Source: the human T2T-CHM13v2.0 reference genome, Homo sapiens
Assembly: GCF_009914755.1 (NCBI RefSeq)
Contig: NC_060925.1
Length of the DNA stretch: 64,000 bases
Reading direction: 5' to 3' (one strand)
Positions 46,001 through 60,000 of this stretch are shown one piece after another; positions within the stretch are counted from its first letter, which is position 1, and each line of letters starts with the position of its first letter. The translations under genes were made by a program, and so were the position numbers. The notes beneath the pieces were generated by a model that made no database searches, was not told the origin of the DNA, and worked only from the letters and a program-made list of their open reading frames with translations.

Positions 46001-49000
46001 GGAATTATCGAATGGAATCGAAGAGAATCATCGAATGGACCCGAATGGAATCATCTAATGGAATGGAATGGAATAATCCATGGACACGAATGCAATCATC
46101 ATCGAATGGAATCGAATGGAATCATCGAATGGACTCGAATGGAATAATCATTGAACGGAATCGAATGGAATCATCATCGGATGGAAATGAAAGGAGTCAT
46201 CATCTAATGGAATTGCATGGAGTCATCATAAAATGGAATCGAATGGAATCAACATCAAATGGAATCAAATGGAATCATTGAACGGAATTGAATGGAATCG
46301 TCATCGAATGAATTGAATGCAATCATCGAATGGTCTCGAATGGAATCATCTTCAAATGGAATGGAATGGAATCATCGCATAGAATCGAATGGAATTATCA
46401 TCGAATGGAATCGAATGGAATCAACATCAAACGGAAAAATACGGAATTATCGAATGGAATCGAAGAGAATCATCGAATGGACCCGAATGGAATCATCTAA
46501 TGGAATGGAATGGAATAATCCATGGACTCGAATGCAATCATCATCGAATGGAATCGAATGGAATCATCGAATGGACTCGAATGGAATAATCATTGAACGG
46601 AATCGAATGGAATCATCATCGGATGGAAATGAATGGAATCATCATCGAATGGAATCGAATAGAATAATGGAATGAAATCCAGTGTGATCATCATCGAATG
46701 GACCCGAATGGAATCATCATCCAACGGATGCTAATGGAATCAACATCGAATGAATCAAATGGAAACACCATCGAATTGAAACGAATGGAATTACCATGAA
46801 ATTGAAATGGATGGACTCATCATCGAATGGATTGGAAAGGAATCATCGAATAAAATTGATTGAAATCATCATCGAATGGAATCGAGTGGTATCATTGAAT
46901 GGAATCGAATGGAATCATCATCAGATGGAAATGAATGGAATCGTCATAGAATGGAATCGAATGGATTCATTGAATGGAATCAGATGGAATCATCGAATGG
47001 ACTGGAATGGAATCATTGAATGGACTCGAAAGAGATCATGATTGAATGGAATTGAATGGAATCATCGAATGGTCTCGATTGCAATCATTATCAAATGGAA
47101 TCTAATGGAATCACCGAATAGAATCGAATGGAACAATCATCGAATGGACTCAAATGGAATTATCCTCTAATGGAATCGAATGGAATTATCGAATGCAATC
47201 GAATGGAATTATCGAATGCAATCGAATAGAATCATCGAATGGACTCGAATGGAATCATCGAATGGAATGGAATGGAACAGTCAATGAACTCGAATGGAAT
47301 CATCATTGAATGGAATCGAATGGAATCATCCAGTGGAATCGAATGGAATTATGATCAAATGGAATCGAATGTAATCATCATCATATGCAATCAAAAATAA
47401 CCATCATCAATTGGTATTGAATGGAATTGTCATCAAATGGAATTCAAAGGAAACATCATCAAATGGAAACGAATGGAATCCTCATTGAATGGAAATGAAA
47501 GGGGTCATCATCTAATGGAATCGCATGGAATCATCATCAAATGGAATCGAATGGAATCATCATCAAATGGAATCTGATGGAATCATTGAACAGAATTGAA
47601 TGGAATCGTCATCGAATGAATTGAATGCAATCATCGAATGGTATCGAATATAATCACATTCCAATGGAAAGGAATGGAATCATCGCATAGAATCGAATGG
47701 AATTAACATTGAATGGACTCGAATGGAATCAACATCAAACGGAATCAAGCGGAATTATCGAATGGAATCGAAGAGAATCATCGAATGGACTCGAATGGAA
47801 TCATCTAATGGAATGGAATGGAATAATCCACGGACCCGAATGCAATCATCATCGTATAGAATCGAATGGAATCATCGAATGGACTCGAATGGAATAATCA
47901 TTGAACGGAATCGAATGGAATCATCATCGGATGGAAACGAATGGAATCATCACCGAATGGAAATGAAAGCAGTCATCATCTAATGGAATTGCATGGAATC
48001 ATCATAAAATGGAATCGAATGGAATCAACATCAAATGGAATCAAATGGAATCATTGAACGGAATTGAATGGAATCATCATCGAATGAATTGAATGCAATC
48101 ATCGAATGGTCTCGAATGCAATCATCTTCAAATGGAATGGAATGGAATCATCGCATAGAATCGAATGGAATTATCATCGAATGGAATCGAAAGGTATCAA
48201 CATCAAACGGAAAAAAACGGAATTATCGAATGGAATCGAAGAGAATCCTCGAACGGACCCGAATGGAATCATCTAATGGAATGGAATGGAATAATCCATG
48301 GAGTCGAATGCAATCATCATCGAATGGAATCGAATGGAATCATCGAATGGACTCGAATGGAATAATCATTGAACGGAATCGAATGGAATCATCTTCGGAT
48401 GTAAACGAATGGAATCATCATGGAATGGAAGTGAGAGGAATCATCATCTAATGGAATTGCATGGAATCATCATAAAATGGAATCGAATGGAATCAACATC
48501 AAATGGAATCAAATGAAATCATTGAACGGAATTGAATGGAATCGTCATCGAATGAATTGAATGAAATCATCGAATGGTCTCGAATGGAATCATCTTCAAA
48601 TGGAATGGAATGGAATCATCGCATAGAATCGAATGGAATTATCATCGAATGGAATCGAATGGAATCAACATCAAACGGAAAAAAACGGAATTATCGAATG
48701 GAATCGAAGAGAATCATCGAATGGACCCGAATGGAATCATCTAATGGAATGGAATGGAATAATAGATGGACTCGAATGCAATCATCATCGAATGGAATCG
48801 AATGGAATCATCGAATGGACTCGAATGGAATAATCATTGAACGGAATCGAATGGAATCATCATCGGATGGAAATGAATGGAATGATCATCGAATGGAATC
48901 GAATAGAATTATGGAATGAAATCCAGTGTGATCATCATCGAATGGACCCGAATGGAATCATCATCCAACGGAAGCTAATGGAATCAACATCGAATGAATC

Positions 49001-52000
49001 GAATGGAAACACCATCGAATTGAAACGAATGGAATTATCATGAAATTGAAATGGATGGACCCATCATCGAATGGATTCGAATGGAATCATCGAATAAAAT
49101 TGATTGAAATCATCATCAAATGGAATCGAATGGTGTCATTGAATGGGATCGAATGGAATCATCGTCAGATGGAAATGAATGGAATCGTCATAGAATGGAA
49201 TCGAATGGATTCATTGAATGGAATCAGATGGAATCATCGAATGGACTGGAATGGAATCATTGAATGGACTCGAATGGAATCATTATTGAATGGAATTGAA
49301 TGGAATCATCGAATGGTCTCGATTGGAATCATTATCAAATGGAATCGAATGGAATCACCGAATAGAATCGAATGGAACAATCATCGAATTGACTCAAATG
49401 GAATTATCCTCAAATGGAATCGAATGGAATTATCGAATGCAATCGAATGGAATTATCGAATGCAATCGAATAGAATCATCGAATGGACTCGAATGGAATC
49501 ATCGAATGGAATGGAATGGAACAGTCAATGAACTCGAATGGAATCATCATTGAATGGAATCGAATGGAATCATCGAGTGGAATCGAATGGAATTATGATC
49601 AAATGGAATCGAATGTAATCCTCATCAAATGGAATCAAACATAACGATCATCAATTGGTATTGAATGGAATTGTCATCAAATGGAATTGAAAGGAATCAT
49701 CATCAAATGGAACCGAATGGAATCCTCATTGAATGGAAATGAAAGTGGTCATCATCTAATGGAATCGCATGGAATCATCATCAAAGGGAATCGAATGGAA
49801 TCATCATGAAATGGAATCTAAGGGAATCATTGAACAGAATTGAATGGAATCGTCATCGAATGAATTGAATGCAATCATCGAATGGTCTCGAATGGAATCA
49901 TCTTCAAATGGAAAGAAATGGAATCATCGCATAGAATCGAATGGAATTATCATCGAATGGAATCCAATGGTATCAACATCAAACGGAAAAAAACGGAATT
50001 ATGGAATGGAATCGAAGAGAATCTTCGAACGGACCCGAATGGAATCATCTAATGGAATGGAATGGAATAATCCATGGACTCGAATGCAATCATCATCAAA
50101 TGGAATCGAATGGAATCATCGAATGGACTCGAATGGAATAATCATTGAACGGAATCGAATGGAATCATCATCGGATGGAAACGAATGGAGTCATCATCGA
50201 ATGGAAATGAAAGGAGTCATCATCTAATGGAATTGCATGGAATCATCATAAAATGGAATCGAATGGAATCAACATCAAATGGAATCAAATGGAATCATTG
50301 AACGGAATTGAATGGAATCGTCATCGAATGAATTGAATGCAATCATCGAATGGTCTCGAATGGAATCATCTTCAAATGGAATGGAATGGAATCATCGCAT
50401 AGAATCGAATGGAATTATCATCGAATGGAATCGAATGGAATCAACATCAAACGGAAAAAAACGGAATTATCGAATGGAATCGAAGAGAATCATCGAATGG
50501 ACCCGAATGGAATCATCTAATGGAATGGAATGGAATAATCGATGGACTCGAATGCAATCATCATCGAATGGAATCGATTGGAATCATCGAATGGACTCGA
50601 ATGGAATAATCATTGAACGGAATCGAATGGAATCATCATCGGATGGAAATGAATGGAATCATCATCGAATGGAATCGAATAGAATTATGGAATGAAATCC
50701 AGTGTGATCATCATAGAAATGGACCCGAATGGAATCATCATCCATCGGAAGCAAATGGAATCAACATCGAATGAATCGAATGGAAACACCATCGAATTGA
50801 AACGAATGGAATTATCATGAAACTGAAATGGATGGACTCATCATCGAATGGATTCGAATGGAATCATCGAATAAAATTGATTGAAATCATCATCAAATGG
50901 AATCGAATGGTATCATTGAATGGAATCGAATGGAATCATCATCAGATGGAAATGAATGGAATCGTCATAGAATGGAATCGAATGGATTCATTGAATGGAA
51001 TCAGATGGAATCATCGAATGGACTGGAATGGAATCATTGAATGGACTCGAAAGGGATCATTATTGAATGGAATTGAATGGAATCATCGAATGGTCTCGAT
51101 TGGAATCATTATCAAATGGAATCGAATGGAATCACCGAATAGAATCGAATGGAACAATCATCGAATGGACTCAAATGGAATTATCCTCCAATGGAATCGA
51201 ATGGAATTATCGAATGCAATCGAATAGAATCACCGAATGGACTCGAATGGAATCATCGAATGGAATGGAATGGAAAAGTCAATGAACACGAATGGAATCA
51301 TCACTGAATGGAATCGAATGGAATCATCGAGTGGAATCGAATGGAATTATGATCAAATGGAATCGAATGTAATCATCATCAAATGGAATAAAAAATAACC
51401 ATCATCAATTGGTATTGAATGGAATTGTCATCAAATGAAATTCAAAGGAATCATCATCAAATGGAACTGAATGGAATCCTCATTGAATGGAAATGAAAGG
51501 GGTCATCATCTAATGGAATAGCATGGAATAATCATCAAATGGAATCGAATGAAATCATCATCAAATTGAATCTAATGGAAACATTGAACAGAATTGAATG
51601 GAATCGTCATCGAATGAATTGAATGCAATCATCGAATGGTCTCGAAAGAAATCATCTTCTAATGGAAAGGAATGGAATCATCGCATAGAATCGAAAGGAA
51701 TTAACATTGAATGGAATCGAATGGAATCAACATCAAATGGAATCAAGCGGAATTATCGAATGAAATCGAAGAGAATCATCGAATGGACTCGAATGGAATC
51801 ATCTAATGGAATGGAATGGAATAATCCACGGACTCGAATGCAATCATCATCGTATAGAATCGAATGGAATCATCGAATGGACTCGAATGGAATAACCATT
51901 GAACGGAATCGAATGGAATCATCATCGGATGGAAACGAATGGAATCATCATCGAATGGAAATGAAAGGAGTCATCATCTAATGGAATTGCATGGAATCAT

Positions 52001-55000
52001 CATCAAATGGAATCGAATGGAATCATCATCAAATGGAATCAAATGGAAGCATTGAACGGAATTGAATGGAATCGTCATCGAATGAATTGAATGCAATCAT
52101 CGAATGGTCTCGAATGGAATCATCTTCAAATGGAATGGAATGGAATCATCGCATAGAATCCAATGGAATTATCATCGAATGGAATCGAATGGTATCAACA
52201 TCAAACGGAAAAAAACGGAATTATCAAATGGAATCAAAGAGAATCTTCGAATGGACCCGAATGGAATCATCTAATGGAATGGAATGGAATAATCCATGGA
52301 CTCGAATGCAATCATCATCGAATGGAATCGAATGGAATCATCGAATGGACTCGAATGGAATAATCATTGAACGGAATCGAATGGAATCATCATCGGATGG
52401 AAATGAAAGGAGTCATCATCTAATGGAATTGCATGGAATCATCATAAAATGGAATCGAATGCAATCAACATCAAATGGAATCAAATGGAATCATTGAACG
52501 GAATTGAATAGAATCGTCATCGAATGAATTCAATGCAATCATCGAATGGTCTCGAATGGAATCATCTTCTAATGGAAAGGAATGGAATCATCGCATAGAA
52601 TCGAATGGAATTAACATTGAATGGACTCGAATGGAATCAACATCAAATGGAATCAAGCGGAATTATCGAATGAAATCGAAGAGAATCATCGAATGGACTC
52701 GAATGGAATCATCTAATGGAATGGAATGGAATAATCCACGGACTCGAATGCAATCATCATCGTATAGAATCGAATGGAATCATCGAAAGGACTCGAATGG
52801 AATAACCATTGAACGGAATCGAATGGAATCATCATCGGATGGAAACGAATGGAATCATCATCGAATGGAAATGAAAGGAGTCATCATCTAATGGAATTGC
52901 ATGGAATCATCATAAAATGGAATCGAATGGAATCATCATCAAATGGAATCAAATGGAATCATTGAACGGAATTGAATGGAATCGTCATCGAATGAATTGA
53001 ATGCAATCATCGAATGGTCTCGAATGGAATCATCTTCAAATGGAATGGAATGGAATCATCGCATAGAATCGAATGGAATTATCATCGAATGGAATCGAAT
53101 GGTATCAACATCAAACGGAAAAAAACGGAATTATCGAATGGAATCAAAGAGAATCTTCGAACGGACCCGAATGGAATCATCTAATGGAATGGAATGGAAT
53201 AATCCATGGACTCGAATGCAATCATCATCGAATGGAATCGAATGGAATCATTGAAAGGACTCGTATGGAATAATCATTGAACGGAATCGAATGGAATCAT
53301 CATCGGATGGAAATGAATGGAATTATCATCGAATGGAATCGAATAGAATTATGGAATGAAATCCAGTGTGATCATCATCGAATGGACCCGAATGGAATCA
53401 TCATCCATCGGAAGCTAATGGAATCAACATCCAATGAATCGAATGGAAACACCATCGAATTGAAACGAATGGAATTATCATGAAATTGAAATGGATGGAC
53501 TCATCATCGAATGGATTCGAATGGAATCATCGAATAAAATTGATTGAAATCATCATCGAATGGAATCGAATGGTATCATTGAATGGAATCGAATGGAATC
53601 ATCATCAGATGGAAATGAATGGAATCGTCATAGAATGGAATCGAATGGATTGATTGAATGGAATCAGATGGAATCATCGAATGGACTGGAATGGAATCAT
53701 TGAATGGACTCGAAAGGGATCATTATTGAATGGAATTGAATGGAATCATCGAATGGTCTCGATTGGAATCATTATCAAATGGAATCGAATGGAATCACCG
53801 AATAGAATCGAATGGAACAATCATCGAATGGACTCAAATGGAATTATCCTCAAATAGAATCGAATGGAATTATCGAATGCAATCGAATGGAATTATCGAA
53901 TGCAATCGAATAGAATCATCGAATGGACTCGAATGGAATCATCGAATGGAATGGAATGGAACAGTCAATAAACTCGAATGGAATCATCATTGAATGGAAT
54001 CGAATGGAATCATCGAGTGGAATCGAATGGAATTATGATCAAATGGAATCGAATGTAATCATCATCAAATGGAATCAAAAATAACCATCATCAATTGGTA
54101 TTGAATGGAATTGTCATCAAATGGAATTCAAAGGAATCATCATCAAATGGAACCGAATGGAATCCTCATTGAATGGAAATGAAAGGGGTCATCATCTAAT
54201 GGAATCGCATGGAATCATCATCAAATGGAATCGAATGGAATCATCATCAAATGGAATCTAATGGAATCATCATCGAATGAATTGAATGCAATCATCGAAT
54301 GGTCTCGAATGGAATCATCTTCTAATGGAAAGGAATGGAATCATCGCATAGAATCGAATGGAATTATCATCGAATGGAATCGAATGGTATCAACACCAAA
54401 CGGAAAAAAACGGAATTATCGAATGGAATCGAAGAGAATCTTCGAACGGACCCGAATGGAATCATCTAATGGAATGGAATGGAATAATCCATGGACTCGA
54501 ATGCAATCATCATCGAATGGAATCGAATGGAATCATCGAATGGACTCGAATGGAATAATCATTGAACGGAATCGAATGGAATCATCATCGGATGGAAACG
54601 AATGGAATCATCATCGAATGGAAATGAAAGGAGTCATCATCTAATGGAATTGCATGGAATCATCATCAAATGGAATCGAATGGAATCAACAACAAATGGA
54701 ATCAAATGGAATCATTGAACGGAATTGAATGGAATCGTCATCGAATGAATTGAATGCAATCATCGAATGGTCTCGAATGGAATCATCTTCAAATGGAATG
54801 GAATGGAATCATCGCATAGAATCGAATGGAATTATCATCGAATGGAATCGAATGGAATCAACATCAAACGGAAAAAAACGGAATTATCGAATGGAATCGA
54901 AGAGAATCATCGAATGGACCCGAATGGAATCATCTAATGGAATGGAATGGAATAATCCATGGACTCGAATGCAATCATCATCGAATGGAATCGAATGGAA

Positions 55001-57069
55001 TCATCGAATGGACTCGAATGGAATAATCATTGAACGGAATCGAATGGAATCATCATCGGATGGAAATGAATGGAAACATCATCGAATGGAATCGAATAGA
55101 ATTATGGAATGAAATCCAGTGTGATCATCATCGAATGGACCCGAATGGAATCATCATCCCACGGAAGCTAATGGAATCAACATCGAATGAATCCAATGGA
55201 AACACCATCGAATTGAAACGAATGGAATTACCATGAAATTGAAATGGATGGACTCATCCTCAAATGGATTCGAGTGGAATCATCGAATAAAATTGATTGA
55301 AATCATCATCGAATGGAATCGAATGGTATCATTGAATGGAATCGAATGGAATCATCATCAGATGGAAATGAAAGGAATCGTCATAGAATGGAATCGAATG
55401 GATTCATTGAATGGAATCAGATGGAATCATTGAATGGACTGGAATGGAATCATTGAATGGACTCGAAAGGGATCATTATTGAATGGAATTGAATGGAATC
55501 ATCGAATGGTCTCGATTGGAATCATTATCAAATGGAATCGAATGGAATCACCAAATAGAATCGAATGGAACAATCATCGAATGGACTCAAATGGAATTAT
55601 CCTCAAGTGGAATTGAATGGAATTATCGAATGCAATCGAATGGAATTATCGAATGCAATCGAATAGAATCATCGAATGGACTCGAATGGAATCATCGAAT
55701 GGAATGGAATGGAACAGTCAATGATCTCGAATGGAATCATCATTGAATGGAATCGAATGGAATCATCGAGTGGAATCGAATGTAATCATCATCAAATGGA
55801 ATCAAAAATAACCATCATCAAATGGAATCAAAAATAACCATCATCAATTGGTATTGAATGGAATTCTCATCAAATGGAATTCAAAGGAATCATCATCAAA
55901 TGGAACCGAATGGAATCCTCATTGAATGGAAATGAAAGGGGACATCATCTAATGGAATCGCATGGAATCATCATCAAATGGAATCGAATGGAATCAACAT
56001 CAAATGGAATCAAATGGAATCATTGAACGGAATTGAATGGAATCGTCATCGAATGAATTGAATGCAATCATCGAATGGTCTCGAATGGAATCATCTTCAA
56101 ATGGAATGGAATGGAATCATCGCATAAAATCGAATGGAATTTTCATCGAATGGAATCGAATGGAATCAACATCAAACGGAAAAAAACGGAATTATCGAAT
56201 GGAATCGAAGAGAATCACCGAATGGACCCGAATGGAATCATCTAATGGAATGGAATGGAATAATCCATGGACTCGAATGCAATCATCATCGAATGGAATC
56301 GAATGGAATCATCGAATGGACTCGAATGGAATAATCATTGAACGGAATCGAATGGAATCATCATCGGATGGAAATGAATGGAATCATCATCGAATGGAAT
56401 CGAATAGAATTATGGAATGAAATCCAGTGTGATCATCATCGAATGGACCCGAATGGAATCATCATCCAACGGAAGCTAATGGAATCAACATCGAATGAAT
56501 GAAATGGAAACACCATCGAAGTGAAACGAATGGAATTACCATGAAATTGAAATGGATGGACTCATCCTCAAATGGATTCGAGTGGAATCATCGAATAAAA
56601 TTGATTGAAATCATCATCGAATGGAATCGAATGGTATCATTGAATGGAATCGAATGGAATCATCATCAGATGGAAATGAAAGGAATCGTAATAGAATGGA
56701 ATCGAATGGATTCATTGAATGGAATCAGATGGAATCATTGAATGGACTGGAATGGAATCATTGAATGGACTCGAAAGGGATCATTATTGAATGGAATTGA
56801 ATGGAATCATCGAATGGTCTCGATTGGAATCATTATCAAATGGAATCGAATGGAATCACCGAATAGAATCGAATGGAACAATCATCGAATGGACTCAAAT
56901 GGAATTATCCTCAAATGGAATTGAATGGAATTATCGAATGCAATCGAATGGAATTATCGAATGCAATCGAATAGAATCATCGAATGGACTCGAATGGAAT
57001 CATCGAATGGAATGGAATGGAACAGTCAATGAACTCGAATGGAATCATCATTGAATGGAATCGAATGGA

Positions 57070-60000
57070 ATCATCGAGTGGAATCGAGTGGAATTATGAT
57101 CAAATGGAATCGAATGTAATCATCATCAAATGGAATCAAAAATAACCATCATCAATTGGTATTCAATGGAATTGTCATCAAATGGAATTCAAAGGAATCA
57201 TCATCAAATGGAACAGAATGGAATCCTCATTGAATGGAAATGAAAGGGGTCATCATCTAATGGAATCGCATGGAATCATCATCAAATGGAATCGAATGGA
57301 ATCATCATCAAATGGAATCTAATGGAATCATTGAAAAGAATTGAATGGAATCGTCATCGAATGAATTGAATGCAATCATCGAATGGTCTCGAATGGAATC
57401 ATCTTCTAATGGAAAGGAATGGAATCATCGCATAAAATCGAATGGAATTAACATTGAATGGACTCGAATGGAATCAACATCAAACGGAATCAAGCGGAAT
57501 TATCGAATGGAATCGAGGAGAATCATCGAATGGACTCGAATGGAATCATCTAATGGAATGGAATGGAATAATCCACGGACTCGAATGCAATCATCATCGT
57601 ATAGAATAGAATGGAATCATCGAATGGACTCGAATGGAATAATCATTGAACGGAATCGAATGGAATCATCATCGGATGGAAACGAATGGAATCATCATCG
57701 AATGGAAATGAAAGGAGTCATCATCTAATGGAATTGCATGGAATCATCATAAAATGGAATCGAATGGAATCAACATCAAATGGAATCAAATGGAATCATT
57801 GAAAGGAATTGAATGGAATCGTCATCGAATGAATTGAATGCAATCATCGAATGGTCTCGAATGGAATCATCTTCAAATGGAATGGAATGGAATCATCGCA
57901 TAGAATCGAATGGAATTATCATCGAATGGAATCGAATGGAATCAACATCAAACGGAAAAAAACGGAATTATCGAATGGAATCGATGAGAATCATCGAACG
58001 GACCCGAATGGAATCATCTAATGGAATGGAATGGAATAATCCATGGACTCGAATGCAATCATCATCGAATGGAATCGAATGGAATCATCGAATGGACTCG
58101 AGTGGAATAATCATCGAACGGAAACGAATGGAATCATCATCGGATGGAAATGAATAGAATCATCATCGAATGGAATCGAATAGAATTATGGAATGAAATC
58201 CAGTGTGATCATCATCGAATGGACCCGAATGGAATCATCATCCAACGGAAGCTAATGGAATCAACATCGAATGAATCGAATGGAAACACCATCGAATTGA
58301 AACGAATGGAATTATCATGAAATTGAAATGGATGGACTCATCATCGAATGGATTCGAATGGAAACATCGAATAAAATTGATTGAAATCATCATCAAATGG
58401 AATCGAATGGTATCATTGAATGGAATCGAATGGAATCATCATCAGATGGAAATGAATGGAATCGTCATAGAATGGAATCGAATGGATTCATTGAATGGAA
58501 TCAGATGGAATCTTCGAATGGACTGGAATGGAATCACTGAATGGACTCGAAAGGGATCATCATTGAATGGAATTGAATGGAATCATCGAATGGTCTCGAT
58601 TGGAATCATTATCAAATGGAATCGAATCGAATCACCGAATGGAATCGAATGGAACAATCACCGAATGGCCTCAAATGGAATTATCCTCAAATGGAATGGA
58701 ATGGAATTATCGAATGCAATCGAATGGAATTAACGAATGCAATCGAATAGAATCATCGAATGGATTCGAATGGAATCATCGAATGGAATGGAATGGAACA
58801 GTCAATGAACTCGAATGGAATCATCATTGAATGGAATCGAATGGAATCATCGAGTGGAATCGAATGGAATTATGATCAAATGGAATTGAATGTAATCATC
58901 ATCAAATGGAATCAAAAATAACCGTCATCAATTGGTATTGAATGGAATTGTCATCAAATGGAATTCAAAGGAATCATCATCAAATGGAACCGAATGGAAT
59001 CCTCATTGAATGGAAATGAAAGGAGACATCATCTAATGGAATTGCATGGAATCATCATAAAATGGAATCGAATGGAATCAACATCAAATGGAATCAAATG
59101 GAATCATTGAACGGAATTGAATGGAATCGTCATCGAATGAATTGAATGCAATCATCGAATGGTCTCGAATGGAATCATCTTCTAATGGAAAAGAATGGAA
59201 TCATCGCATAGAATCGAATGGAATTAAAATTGAATGAACTCGAATGGAATCAACATCAAACGGAAAAAATCGGTATTATCGAATGGAATCGAAGAGAATC
59301 ATCGAATGGACCCGAATGGAATCATCTAATGGAATGGAATGGAATAATCCATGGACTCGAATGCAATCATCTTCGAATGGAATCGAATGGAATCATCGAA
59401 TGGACTCGAATGGAATAATCATTGAACGGAATCGAATGGAATCATCATCGGATGGAAACGAATGGAATCATCATCGAATGGAAGTGAAAGGAGTCATCAT
59501 CTAATGGAATTGCATGGAATCATCATCAAATGGAATCGAATGGAATCAACATCAAATGGAATCAAATGGAATCATTGAACGGAATTGAATGGAATCGTCA
59601 TCGAATGAATTGAATGCAATCATCGAATGGTCTCGAATGGAATCATCTTCAAATGGAATGGAATGGAATCATCGCATAGAATCGAATGGAATTATCATCG
59701 AATGGAATCGAATGGAATCAACATCAAACGGAAAAAAACGGAATTATCGAATGGAAATGAAGAGAATCATCGAATGGACCCGAATGGAATCATCTAATGG
59801 AATGGAATGGAATAATCCATGGACTCGAATGCAATCACCATCGAATGGAATCGAATGGAATCATCGAATGGACTCGAATGGAATAATCATTGAACGGAAT
59901 CGAATGGAATCGTCATCGGATGGAAATGAATGGAATCATCATCGAATGGAATCGAATAAAATTATGGAATGAAATCCAGTGTGATCATCATCGAATGGAC

